Shown: positions 21,864-33,879 of the stretch, one piece after another
Layout: every line of letters starts with the position of its first letter
How positions within the stretch are numbered: the first letter of the stretch is position 1
Origin: Utricularia gibba
Lineage: Eukaryota; Plantae; Magnoliophyta
Direction of reading: 5' to 3'
Assembly: GCA_002189035.1 (NCBI GenBank)
Contig: NEEC01000013.1
Location: 1,116,001 to 1,180,000, forward strand
Length of the DNA: 64,000 bases
Program-made: the position numbers and the translations under genes
The notes under the pieces: model-generated
Told to the model about the DNA's origin: nothing
Database searches by the model: none
The model's input: only the letters and a program-made list of their open reading frames with translations

Positions 21864-24800
21864 ATGGCCGACGCGGTAGACGATGTAGAGAAGCTCTACG
21901 ACTACTGCGAGAAGCTCAACGAGGCCCAAGATAAGTCTCAGGTTGGTAGACCTTTTTCCTGTGTTTCTTTATTTTTGTTCTAAATGCACTTCATGGGTTG
22001 TGATTTTTGGTTCTGGGGTTGGGCAGAATTGGGAGTACTATGAGGGGATCATTGCAGCTGTAAATGGGACCGTTAAGGCGAAGCAGTTAGCGGCGCAAAT
22101 GATACCCAAGTTCTTCAAGTATTTCCCTGAGCTTTCTGAGCAAGCCCTTGACCAGCATTTCTGTTTGTGCGATGATGATGACCTTGGAGTAAGGGTTTTC
22201 ATTTTTTCGGCTGCTTTGACCCCCTTTTTCTTTATTATTATTATTTGTCTTGGCATTGAATCCGAGGGTTTAATAGACACTGAACTTCCAGCCTTCTGCG
22301 AGGAATTGAATTTGAGTTTCGATCGGTATATTTTTTCCCGACGACATTTTTGCATCTCATGCTGCTACACACGATGTCGCCTGCGTTCCGTCTTGTTCTC
22401 TATGTCCTTTTCCTGCGTCTGATGTTGATCTTGCAAAGATTTTAGACAAGTGTTTCAAGATTGCAACTTACGAGCTACAAAAATTTTTCGAAGTTGCAAT
22501 TTTAGGATTTTTTTTTTTTTGTTGGGTTTATGTTTTGAATAAAAAAAATGGGCTTTTGTGTGACAGCATATAATTCTCATCTGGAATTTCAGGTCCGTGT
22601 TCAAGCCATTCGCGGATTTCCCCTTATCTGCAAGGATTCACCTGATAATCTGGCAAAGATTGTTGATGTTCTTGGTCAGCTTCTAGTTTCTGGTAAGTGA
22701 TATTTGTGCCGGTACATTATTTTTAGTGTTTTTTTGTTTTATCCTCAGAAAAAACGACATTTTTAAATGTGATGATTGTTTCCAGGTGATAGTGTTGAGC
22801 GTGATGCAGTACATAAAGCCCTATTGACTTTGTTACGGCAGGATATAAAGAGTAAGAAATTTTGATTGTACTGCAGTTTAGATGACCACAATTTCTTTCT
22901 ACCTGTGATACTGTTTCATGTAATCTGCAGGTCTTTTAAGATTATTATCATGTTAACTTAAGTGGTTTTTTCTGTTTCTATTCCAGCATCATTAACTGCT
23001 TTGTTTAAACACATTGGAAGCACTGATGACCGAAATTCTGAGGATAATAGTGCGTGGGATACTATTCGTGAGAAGGTGCTGTACTTCGTCAGGGACAAAG
23101 TGAGATTCTTTCTGATTTGATGTGTTTTTTTATTTTTCTTAGTAGGTCGATGACCTAATAGGATTAAGATTTTGAAGTCAACGAGGTTAGATTTCGTAGT
23201 TTTCAGATGTACTTGACTTCCTTTTGGGGTTTTTTTTTAATCCTTTATGTGTTAACGAATTCCTCTGTAGGTGTTCCCTCTTAAATCTGAGTTGTTGAAG
23301 CCGAGGGATGAAATGGAGAGATACATAACTAATCTTGTGAAACAGGTATTTCTAGTGATGGGTATTCTACCTCAGAGTGTTCATGATTCAGTATCCGTTA
23401 TGATACTTTTTTATGTCATACAGGGTGATATATGTTCCTTGTACATTTTTTAATTTCGTTTTACTGCAGAATCTGCAAGATGTGACAGCTGCAGAGTTCA
23501 AAATGTTCATGGACTTCTTGAGGAGTTTGAGCTTATTTGGACCAGAAGCTCCTGTGGAAAGAGTTCAAGAACTTGTGGAGATTATTGAGGGCCAGGCAGA
23601 TCTGGATGCTCAATTCAATGTATGTTTGTGATTATACATCACCAGAGCTAGCCTTTTCATCTTCTACATGTGTCTAGTTTGGTTATTTTTCTAGATGAAG
23701 TTATTTTATTCCTGCACTGGTGGTCATTTGAAAAAGCTTTTGTGCGTCTCTCTAGATGCTAGGACCATTTTCTAATTGTTTTTTCCAGGTCAAAATTTTT
23801 CTGAGTTTTCTTATGTTGTAATAGTGTGACTTTGTGATCCATCGGTGAGGTTTTGAATTACTTCTGTAGTTATTGGAGGGCTATTTATTGGTATTTTTAT
23901 TTTAGTCCCATGGATAGAGTTTTCACTGCCATGTTCTAAGGTACCCTTGATCCTGCAGGTCTCAGATGGTGACCACATTGCCCGGTATATATCCTGCCTG
24001 CAAATGGCCTTACCATTGTTTGTGGTAAAATTTCAATATCCCATGTACTTGCTCAAAGCTCGATCAGCTTTTGATTGCAAGGTTTTCATGTAATTGCAGA
24101 GGGGTGCGTCGAGCAGCAAATTCTTCAGTTATTTGTGCAAGCAAATACTCCCTGTTTTTGACAAGGTATTGCTTTAGTTTTTATGTAGAGGTTTAAGCAT
24201 TGACAATATAAGTTTTTGTCGGGGCTAAGTTATTCATCCCCCTCATCAGTCACTTATTATTATGCGAAACTTCCCATTCGTTCTATGAATTTTCCTGTCT
24301 TAGTTTAGTAATACATTACAATGGCACCTTCAGTTTCCTGAAGAACAAAAAATGGACTTGCTGAAGATTGTTGCCGAATGTTCCTTGTATGTAAAAGCGC
24401 AAGACTCAAGGCAGCTGCTTCCATCTGTCGTTCAACTGCTAAAGGTATAATTTCCTTGATGTAGGTAAAAATGAAATTGGAAGAGATTTTGAGTTGTCTT
24501 CTTTCCAACTTTCTTGCCCAGAAATACATGGTTAAAAGAAAGATCGAAGAAATGAGTTTCACTGCCCTTGAGTGCTTGTTATTTTCATTTCAACATTTGG
24601 CTCACAAGGTATGAGCTACTTCGAGGCAGATAAGCACATTGTTCTGTGCATGTTACAAATCTAATATCGAAGCCTCCATTTCTAGGCTCCTAATGCTACA
24701 AACAGCCTTTGTGGTTACAAGATTGTCACTGGACAGCCTTCAGATCGCCTTGGTGAAGATTTCTCAGAGCAGTATAGAGATTTTACAGAGAGGTTCCTTC

Positions 24801-25950
24801 ATTAACTTAAGCTTGCCCCTGTATTAAATTCTAGTTTCACTGTCATAATTTTAAATAATGAATCTCATAAAATCTTTTCTTGGGGTGGAATCAAATCATC
24901 CATTTTTTTTCAATATTGCAGCTTGCATGCTTTGATTGCCATGGTAGTTTTTAATTTTGTTGGTATTCACTTGCTGATTCTGCATTTTACTGATGCAATA
25001 GGCTGTCCATCATCGAGGAACTTGCAAAGGCAATGAATAAGAAACTGGCTCATGCGATGGCAGAAAGCAATAAAGCAATGGCAGCGGCAAAGACTGAAGA
25101 GGAAAAAGATATAATTGTTGGTTCTTTCGATATACTTCGTTTTACATGCTTCCTTTCGCTCTTCCAGTCTTTTTGAAAGTTCTCACCATGACCAAGTTTG
25201 TTGCCTCAACTCAAACTATCTCTTTTGTGTACTGCAGAAGAAGCAAAAGCAAAACACTGCTGCCAGTCTTCGATCCTGCAACAATATACTGGCAATGTCT
25301 CAGGTGCAAGATCGCTCCCTAGTTATTTGTTCATTCTAGTCGTAAATCCTCACCAGATGTGTATACTGACCGTAACCTTGTAGCTTTTTTTATTTAATCT
25401 ACAATAATATTCTCGTTCTGTGGATAACATGGTTGCAAAGCTGGGATACTTGTTTGTACTGGTCTTTTATTTGTCCAACTCAAGCTTCTTGCTTTTTCCT
25501 AAACTCATAAACCTTGATGCAGCCTTTGCACTCAAAAGCTCCTTCCTTCATCGGGGACCAGACCGTTGTTTTATCCTGGAAAGATGCCACTAAAGCTCCT
25601 CCAGTGACACCAACTGCTCCTGCTGCTGCCAGGTAACAAATTGTTTGGGGTCCAGAACCAAATCGGTCAATGTCCTAGCCCAGTCTGCAACCGGAATGAC
25701 AACAAGGTTTACCCTTTTGTTTGTATGTTATTGCAGTAAGAAGCGACCCGCTGCTGCTGCTCCTAATGGATCCAGAGCAAATGCTTTCAAGAAAGGGAGA
25801 GGAGGAGGGGGTTTGCAGCCACATATCGTTGACAGGGGGTTTAGAGGCATGAATGATGGAACAACGTTTGCGGGTGTCCGAGGTAGAGGTAGAGGTAGAG
25901 TTAGAGGCAGAGGTAGAGGGCGCGGCGGCAGAGGACGGATTTACCGTTGA
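21864..25950 (+). CDS. API5: Apoptosis inhibitor 5-like protein, many short exons, C-terminal RG/RGG tail
   Basis: KAKQLAAQMIPKFFKYFP, VRVQAIRGFPLICKD, FKMFMDFLRSLSLF motifs; AGAGGT repeat encoding RGRGRG; ATG 21864, TGA 25948-25950. Confidence 0.92.
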
Positions 25951-26166
25951 GGGGAAGGAGAAAGACGGCCTGGCCTGCAACTACTAGAGAGACAGACACA
26001 TCTGGTTTAGTTTCTTTCTGACTGTGGAGTTGTATTTGTAAGCGTTAGCGCATTTGATTTGCTGATACATTACCTTGAATATTGTAGGCAGTACCTTCGG
26101 TATTGGAATTGTGAAGGAAAAACTAATTTTATTACAATAACACTACAAAAAATATCTATCATCATC

Positions 26167-26240
26167 GGTCCCGTAGCTCAGTTGGTTAGAGCGTTGGTCT
26201 TATGAGCCGAAGGTCGCGGGTTCGAGCCCCGCCGGGACCA
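26167..26240 (+). tRNA. tRNA-Ile (anticodon TAT), intronless
   Basis: GGTCCCG/CGGGACC acceptor stem, A box TAGCTCAGTTGG, B box GGTTCGAGCCC, anticodon loop CTTATGA, T4 terminator at 26249-26252. Confidence 0.97.
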
Positions 26241-26636
26241 CCACATTGTTTTGGGCCGGGCGAAGAGGATGATGATGCTATTCTATTTTGCAGCATTTTT
26301 TTTGGCCAATGGGCGGTGCTCTCAGTTCCGATGTAATCTGGCCGTAGGAACTCATCGCTGCAAATAAGTAAGCCCAGTTTTTTCTTGCCACGGACAATGC
26401 TTCCTGTTCCTCAGTTGTATGTATTATCTATACGAATTGCTCGATGAAATGTCCGATAAAGAATATTAATGATGTTTGCTTTTGGGTTCTGTATTAATTG
26501 GATGGCGATGTTTTCTCATGCAAGCTTCGTGGTTTTCCAATCCGAAATGTCACATACGTGCTTGTTTTTTTGTTTTTTGTTTTGGAGATCATAGTGACTA
26601 GTATGACACTCTTGCCAGGAACTGCCTGTTATTTTC

Positions 26637-28201
26637 ATGTTGATTACCTCACTAAACACTTGTGCTAAGTCTTTCTTATTTGCACAGAAGATGTATCCCA
26701 GCGCCAATGTACATCTTGCAAAGAGAGCATGGTCTAGCATTCTTACTGCCGATATGGGACGGTTGAGTCACCTTAGGGGAGAATGCTGTTCTAGGACAAC
26801 TCCAAAGGAGAATATCTATCTTCGACATAGACCTCCTGTAAGATCCTTCAGATGCCAAGTAAATCAGGGAATTCTGGTGGAAGGCCATTCGCTGAATAAC
26901 GAGGTAAATTATCAACTGATGACTGCTGCTCTCTCTAGTGGAAAACCTGATCATGGAAACAAGGGTAGAGTCCCATGGAACAAGGGAGTGAAACACAGTG
27001 AAGGTAGGTAGTTCTTTTCCTATGTTCACTGCTCATTTTGCAGGATCCGTTAAGAACTTTGAATTTTCACAGAGACCCGCTCGAAAATCAGGCATCGAAC
27101 AAAGGAGGCTCTTATGGACCCCAAGGTGAAGTCATGTAAGGATTTGTCTATTTAGATTTCAGATTCATGAACCTGTAAAGTTGTCCTTTTTAGTTTCCCA
27201 CACACTCCTGCTTCTCATAGGTATTTAGCAGTACTCCCAGTCAGTGTTGGGTTTGTACTTGCATCAGCTAATGAGCTAACTCCAGAATGAGTATTCAGTT
27301 GATCTATTCTTTTAGTTGTCTTGATTTGTAACACTCTTGATTCATGCACATTTTCAGGTCAGGAAGAAGATGTCCGATGCTCCTCGTTCACTTAGGTAAT
27401 AGCCTCCCTTCCATATACTGGAATTGAACATTTTCTTTCTTGCAAGGGGTATTTGATACTGATCAAATCTACCAGTTGTAATGATACTTGTAATGTGTCT
27501 TGCAGTGATCAGACTAGAGAAAGAATACGGAGATCTGTTCTCCATCTGTGGAGTAAACGCTTAAAGCGAAAAAGAGCAGCAGAGAGACTCTTGCGCTCGT
27601 GGGCCGAAAGCATAGCTTTAGCGGCAAAGGCAGGAGGAGGGAGTGATCAGCAAGAACTACAATGGGATAGCTATGAAAAGCACCAAAAGGAAATGGAAGA
27701 GTTGAAGAGGCAAGCAGTAAACAACCTCCGTACAGAGAGAACTCCACAAAAGAGGAGAGAGCGGGCACAAACGAAGGTAGACAGAGGAGAAACTGGAAAA
27801 AGGAACATCAAGGCTGAAGAGGAAAAGTGGAAGTTGAAAGAACAGCAGGAAGAGAAACTCAAGAAGCGACTCCTGAAGGTATGTGAGCTTGCTGGGAGTG
27901 TTTTGTTGCCAAAAAACTGCAGTTACCCTGAAAACCCAGCACAACCATGAAGATAACCAATTGTGCACTGATTTTCTCTTATGACGATTGCTTGCTGCTG
28001 AACCAGATACACATGAAGAAGTCGAGGATTGATCGAGTTAGCGGTGGGCGTAAGCGAAATTGGGAGAGCTTCGACTTACCCTCGGTGGAGGAGCGGCTGC
28101 ACAATGAGGTTTCTCTTGCAGACCAGATTCGTGAAGCTAGGAGCAACATGGGTCCGGAGGGTGTCCGGGCAGTGAAGCAGCTGAACCAGCAGGAAAACTG
28201 A
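26637..28201 (+). CDS. NUMOD3-motif, coiled-coil protein (At1g53250-like), probably plastid-targeted; start codon uncertain
   Basis: HGNKGRVPWNKGVKHSEETRSKI and LSDQTRERIRRSV motifs; SWAESIALAAKAG...ELQWDSYEK; Lys/Glu/Arg-rich helices; TGA 28199-28201. Confidence 0.8.
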
Positions 28202-28399
28202 AAAACTCAACTGGTGAGATTTTGAATACATGCTGGTGTTCAAGTCCGAATCTGTGCTCATAAGTGAACTTGAAGGAAAGCCTATCTTGTACTCATATGT
28301 TGGAAAAGTGTAACACGACAGTGGCAGTTTAGGGGGTTGGGGTATAGAAAACGGCAGCAACTAGCGTCTAGAAACAAACAAACAAACGCGAGCAGCAAC

Positions 28400-30735
28400 T
28401 TACTGGTGGACGAAAAGCATGCCTTTCGCAACCTCAAGTGCCTTCTTCCGTCCAAAAAACTTCTCCACAATTGCCAGGGCGTATTCCATAGTGGTTCCTG
28501 GTCCTCTGCTGGTTATGAGATTGCCATCCACAACAACGCGGTGATCAGCTTCACTGGCGTCTGAGAGCTTGTTGCACATAGCAGGAAAAGCAGTGGCCTT
28601 CTTTCCCTGTAGATAGGCGGTTAAGCATTTCATTGCAGGACCAAGTGTTCTATTTTTTTTGGTATACACAAACATGTACCTTCAGCAAACCGTGGGGCTC
28701 CAGGACCAAAGCTGGTGAAGCACAAATAGCCCCATAATACGCATTCGAGTCTCGTTGCTTCTTCAACAAATCTACTAGTTTGACAGAGTTTGCAAACGCT
28801 TGTGCACCACCAAGTCCACCCTGTGTTTTCCAAGAGGATTAATATCCTTGAGAAACAATTGCTGAGCTGTGGAAGAATTCTCTACTTACAGGTAAAACAA
28901 CGAGGTTATATGAACTTGTTAAGGCCTCATCTAAAAGAGCATCTGCCAAGAGTTTAACGTTCCTTGAAGCCAAAATTTCTAGTTTATCTTCAACAGATGC
29001 TACCACCACCTTTGCTTTTGCTCTACGGAGAACATCAATAATGATAACTGCTTCCATCTCTTCAGTTCCATTTGCAATAGGGACAAGAATCTGTCAGGAT
29101 GTAACATACAGACTATCATTAACGGCCCAACGAACATGCCTAGGCTATCATCGTCCCTGCTCCCAAGTTCGTAGATATGAATCGAGTGGCCCCATAATTT
29201 TACCCTCTACTTTGTTTTCTCAGTCCTTTCACAACAATAAGCATTAGGAGGGGAGACATCCATAAACCATTTCAATCAGGAACAAAGACAGCATTCACCA
29301 ATCGTTCAACACATCTCACCCGACGTGAAACATAACTTGGAGGAAAAAAGAAGCAGCTTTCTAGGTGTATAGAATTTGTAGTACCTGAGGTGAACCTGAA
29401 AAAGTCCAGTTGGAAGGATTCAGTTCCTTATGTGTGTACTCTTCACCATGATTTGACCGCAAAACCTAGATAGGGATGCAAATGAAAAAATGTCAACATC
29501 TTGCAATCCCAAGATCTTCATGCCTGAATAAATACCATAGGCGGCCTAAGCAGCAAGGTGATTAAACCAACGAAATCACTTTAAAAAGCGGGAAGAAGTC
29601 TGACTACATTCAGGACTATGATCATCAAGATTTAGATTCATTCAGAAACCCCTAACCAGCCACGGTGACAGACTATCTAGGCACAAATAGAATCAGAGGA
29701 GAGAAGAACGCAATACCAGAGGTCCAGCAACCTCATCTGCCTTTTCCTTTCCATACAACAGTTCAACCAAAGCAACAGAGTACTCCAGAGCTGTCCCAGG
29801 TCCACGACTTGTTACTACCTTCCCATCCTTCTGCACACGGGAGTCAGTCGCTGAAGCTGATGAAGACAATTGATCCATAAATGATGGATAACATGTTGCC
29901 TGTTTACAAGTCAGAGAGACCATCCTTACGTCCTAAACCTTTTTAGAAACTTATAAGCTGAACAAACCTAGGAACTAGCAACACTAGTTTATCCCACCTT
30001 CACGCCCTTCAGTAGACCCCAAGTGCCAAGGGCAACAGCAGGAGCAGCACATATCGCAGCATATAACCGGCCATCAGCAGCATGCCTTTTCACTAGTTGT
30101 TCCAGTACTTTGCAATCCCTAAGAGTGGCTGCACCAGGCATCCCCCCCTAGAGATCAGCATAAGAACCTGTAAATCGGACACGTACCAGACTTCCAGAAA
30201 ATCCAAATTCGAATACAATCATGTTAAACGCAACTCGTCGATTCCTAATTTTCAAGAACGCGATCAACGCAAAGCAGTAAAAATTTATACCGGGAGCGAA
30301 ATAAGGTCGAAATCAGTGCCGACGCAATCCGAAATCACAGCATCAGCAACAATTTTCACCCGTGGCAAGCCTCGATGATCAGATCCTTCTCCACCGAGGC
30401 CACCGTAACATCCGCTCCAGCTCTCCGCAGCAAATCCACCGTCACCACCGCTTCCAACGGCTCCGTTCCATCGGCCACCGGCACTAGAACCTAGGAAAGC
30501 ACGAAAACAACAACACCACAACATCACCGCATTTCACCATCAAAAAAAGGCAAGCCACCGAGTGTCTGAATCGGCATACCTTCTTCGCAGATGAAGCCAT
30601 GGCTGCAACAGTGAAGCGATTTCTGGCGCGAGAAGGGGAGAAGGCAGGAGAATATACAGTTTTTAGGGGCCGCGGTGCAAAATGAGAGAAATTCCGCGGC
30701 AGCGCATAGCGGAGGTGTAGGTGTACTGCCGCCAT
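28400..30735 (-). CDS. DJ1B: DJ-1/PfpI family protein with two tandem domains (DJ-1B-like) and N-terminal transit peptide
   Basis: Both domains carry AICA(A/S)PA (nucleophile Cys) and TSRGPGT motifs; [15 protein letters not shown]; second in-frame ATG (MASSAKKV) at 30600. Confidence 0.93.
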
Positions 30736-31153
30736 TTTTATAGTCCCGAGGCCACCTCTAGAAGCCTCTCTTAATGAGGCAATAGACGGACATCTGTCCG
30801 GCAGATGAATGCAGACTGGATGACTGTTTCTCCATCATTTTAAATTATTTATTATTTATTAATAAATAATAGTTTGCAAATTTAATTAATAATTTAATAT
30901 TCAAGAAGGAATGTCAAGAACAAAGCGTGGAAGATGATGGATCACTCTGAAGTCGCTCATCATTTTGCAGGAAAGAGTTGAATTTCTCCCATCCACTTCG
31001 GTCGTCGCCGCCTCCTGGCTCTTGGGGGCTGCGGGATTTCCGCTAGGGGCAAGGTTGATTAGCAGCAGTCGCAGGAAAAGCGAAGAAAGAAGAGATTCGC
31101 CTGAATTGGGGGTTGGATCCCTACCGTGCTGCGTCTTGTACAGCGCAGGGAGA

Positions 31154-32894
31154 ATGCCATCGTCTCCCAAGGCGCTGCACGCGCGCCCATCTTCTTATAA
31201 CCACAGATCGGCGACAGTTATCATCTCCTTTCTAATCGGGATCTCGGGGTTTGTTTTTGGTATCGCTGCGATTTCATGGAGGGGACAGGGGCATGATTTC
31301 AAGTATCACAAGCCATTGACGGTTTCTGTAAAATGGGATAAGTCCTCGGGTGGTGGGGTTTCCGATGATAGCCCACGGCGGAAGGTGATGGGTTTTGTTG
31401 GTATACAAACGGGGTTTGGATCTGCGGGCCGCCGCGTGGCCTTGCGTCAGACTTGGTTTCCCTCAGATCATCAAGGGCTGCTGCGGTACCTTTCATTTTC
31501 GCATCTTTAGAGAATTTTTGCTCTCTTGTGATGGTAGTGCGGACTTGTCACATACCAAGCATACTTTAAAATTTGGATTTTGGATACAAATTTGAGATTA
31601 TGAGTATTAATCTGAGTGAATTGGGCCACTTTCAAATTTTAAATTATGAGTGTTATCTGATAAATAGGAAAGTGCTTTCTTTGTGGAGACTGTGAGCTCG
31701 CGTATCTTGTTAGATGGTTTGAGTCCTTATTCTCATGCATATGTAGCATTGAGGTTTACTGCTCACATTTAGTTGTGTGGTAGGTTAGAAGAAAGCACTG
31801 GCTTGGTTTTCAGATTTGTGATTGGTAGAACAAGTGATAGTGCCAAGATGGTGGAACTCAAAAAGGAGGTCGCACAGTATGATGACTTCTTGCTTCTAGA
31901 CATTGAAGAGGAGTACAGTAAGCTCCCGTACAAAACGTTAGTTCTTCTTTATCCTCTATGGATCCCGGATGCCCCTCCTTTATGATCTTGCCCTCTTACA
32001 TTGTTTTCTTGCAGCCTAGCTTTCTTTAAAGCTGCATTTGCGCTATATAATGCTGATTTTTACGTCAAGGCAGATGATGACATATATCTTCGACCTGGTA
32101 GCCAAAACTTTACTTTCTTAGAGCTTTTCACAGGACTGACTCTCAACGCACACATTTCTCCCTTTCTTTTTGTATGAACAGACCGCCTTTCGTTACTCCT
32201 GGCAAAAGATCGTTCTCATTCACAGACCTATATTGGGTGTATGAAGAAAGGCCCTGTGTTTACAGATCCAAAGCTTAAGTGGTTAGTTATGCAATGTTCC
32301 TTTTTTCAGAAGGAGAGTTAGCAGGAATTTGATACTTGACACCTGACAGACAGCATTTCTGATTATATAGGTATGAACCTTTGTCATATTTGCTCGGAAA
32401 GGAATACTTTCTTCACGCTTATGGCCCAATATATGCTCTGTCAGATGACGTTGTTGCAAGTTTGGCTGCCCTGAGAAACGATAGGTGCATAATTTCAACA
32501 AATAAGCAATGAATGCCAACCATGATTTATGTGCTCTTCATTTTCTAAACCATCTTGTGTGATATATATGCTGCACAGTTTCCGAATGTTCAGCAATGAG
32601 GATGTGACCATCGGTTCTTGGATGCTTGCAATGAATGTCAACCATGAGAATATAAAGGAACTCTGTGTAGCAGATTGCACACCCTCATCCATAGCCGTGT
32701 GGGACATTCCCAAATGTTCTGGTATACACCCTCCATTGTTTTAAAAACCAGTTTGCCCATTTTTCTTAAGAAAGCTAGTGTTTGATCTGACAGGACTATG
32801 CAATCCTGAGAAGAAGATGTTGGAGCTTCATGCCAAGGATATTTGCTCCAAAAGCCCGACTCTGCAACCCGAGGAGGAGGACTCTGAGAAGTAG
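31154..32894 (+). CDS. GT31 beta-1,3-galactosyltransferase (B3GALT13/14-like)
   Basis: N-terminal TM anchor; [29 protein letters not shown]; [12 protein letters not shown] (DxD); [18 protein letters not shown]; TAG 32892-32894. Confidence 0.93.
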
Positions 32895-33391
32895 CCTGCC
32901 CCCTGCAACTCTCTCCCTTCTCATTGTCCAAGTTCCAGCATACCCAATCAACCAGAGGCTAACCCCCTTCGAGTTGCACTTCATTCAACACCTTGACTGA
33001 TCAGAAGGCCTGAATTCTTTTATGTAGCAGCAGCAACACTTTGCTCAGCAATGTTAACTGTACTGTTGGAAAACCTATCTTGGTTTGTATTATTAAAATA
33101 TATTGTGATTTTTTTTATTATGAAAAAAAAATTTATTAGATGTTTTTTGATTTAATATTGTTAATGTTATGGGGTTTTATTTTTAAAATTGATTATATTC
33201 TTTTTTGCATTTTTGAAAATTTTCGAAAATAAAAATTCATCCAATAAAAGGGCATGGTCAAGGGGCTTTTTATTATGACAGTTTTATCCTTTCGCACTAC
33301 CCGACCCGCCCCGGCCACCACCAGTACCGGCATTTGTGTAAGTGGATCGGGCAAAATGGGTCATGTTATCGAGAGCCCTGAGGGAGGATCC

Positions 33392-33400
33392 AAACCCTAA
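33392..33400 (+). promoter_or_regulatory. Telo-box upstream of the SLEEPER-like gene
   Basis: AAACCCTAA, followed by a probable 5'UTR intron (GT near 33472) before ATG 33880. Confidence 0.45.
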
Positions 33401-33879
33401 CCCTTTTCGGCAGTCGGATCTCCGTTCGGATTTTTCACGGTTGTTTCCTCCACCGGTGAGAGTCCTTCATAGGTATCGACCATGTCATTTCTACTGAAAA
33501 GCGGTGTCTTAGTTAGATAGCAGCAGTGATTGTTTGGAAGTTTTGGGTTCTAACTTCTAAGCGGATTTTTTTTTTTTTTTTTTTGCGATTGCTGCCTCGA
33601 AAATCTGGCTGTTCGTACTGCTTCGTATTCGAATTTTGCTTCATTTCTTTGCAGCTAATGAAATATCAAATTTCATGTGTGCATCAAAAGAAAAGTAGTG
33701 GAAAATTGCAGCATATAGAAGCGACAGCATGTTGAAGCTTGAATATTTTCGTCTATTTTCAGTTATTACAGACAAAAGAAAGTTTTTTTGAGCTTATCCT
33801 TCTTATAATGGAGTAAATATTGAATGCAGTTTATCGTGTATAGATGCTGATAAGATAGCATTGGTGTTTATCCTCGGAC

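Noticed and set aside
26260-26345. Possible tRNA-snoRNA dicistron (TGATGA C-box-like motif after tRNA-Ile)
   Set aside because: A T4 terminator precedes it, and there is no CTGA D box or terminal stem at a suitable distance.
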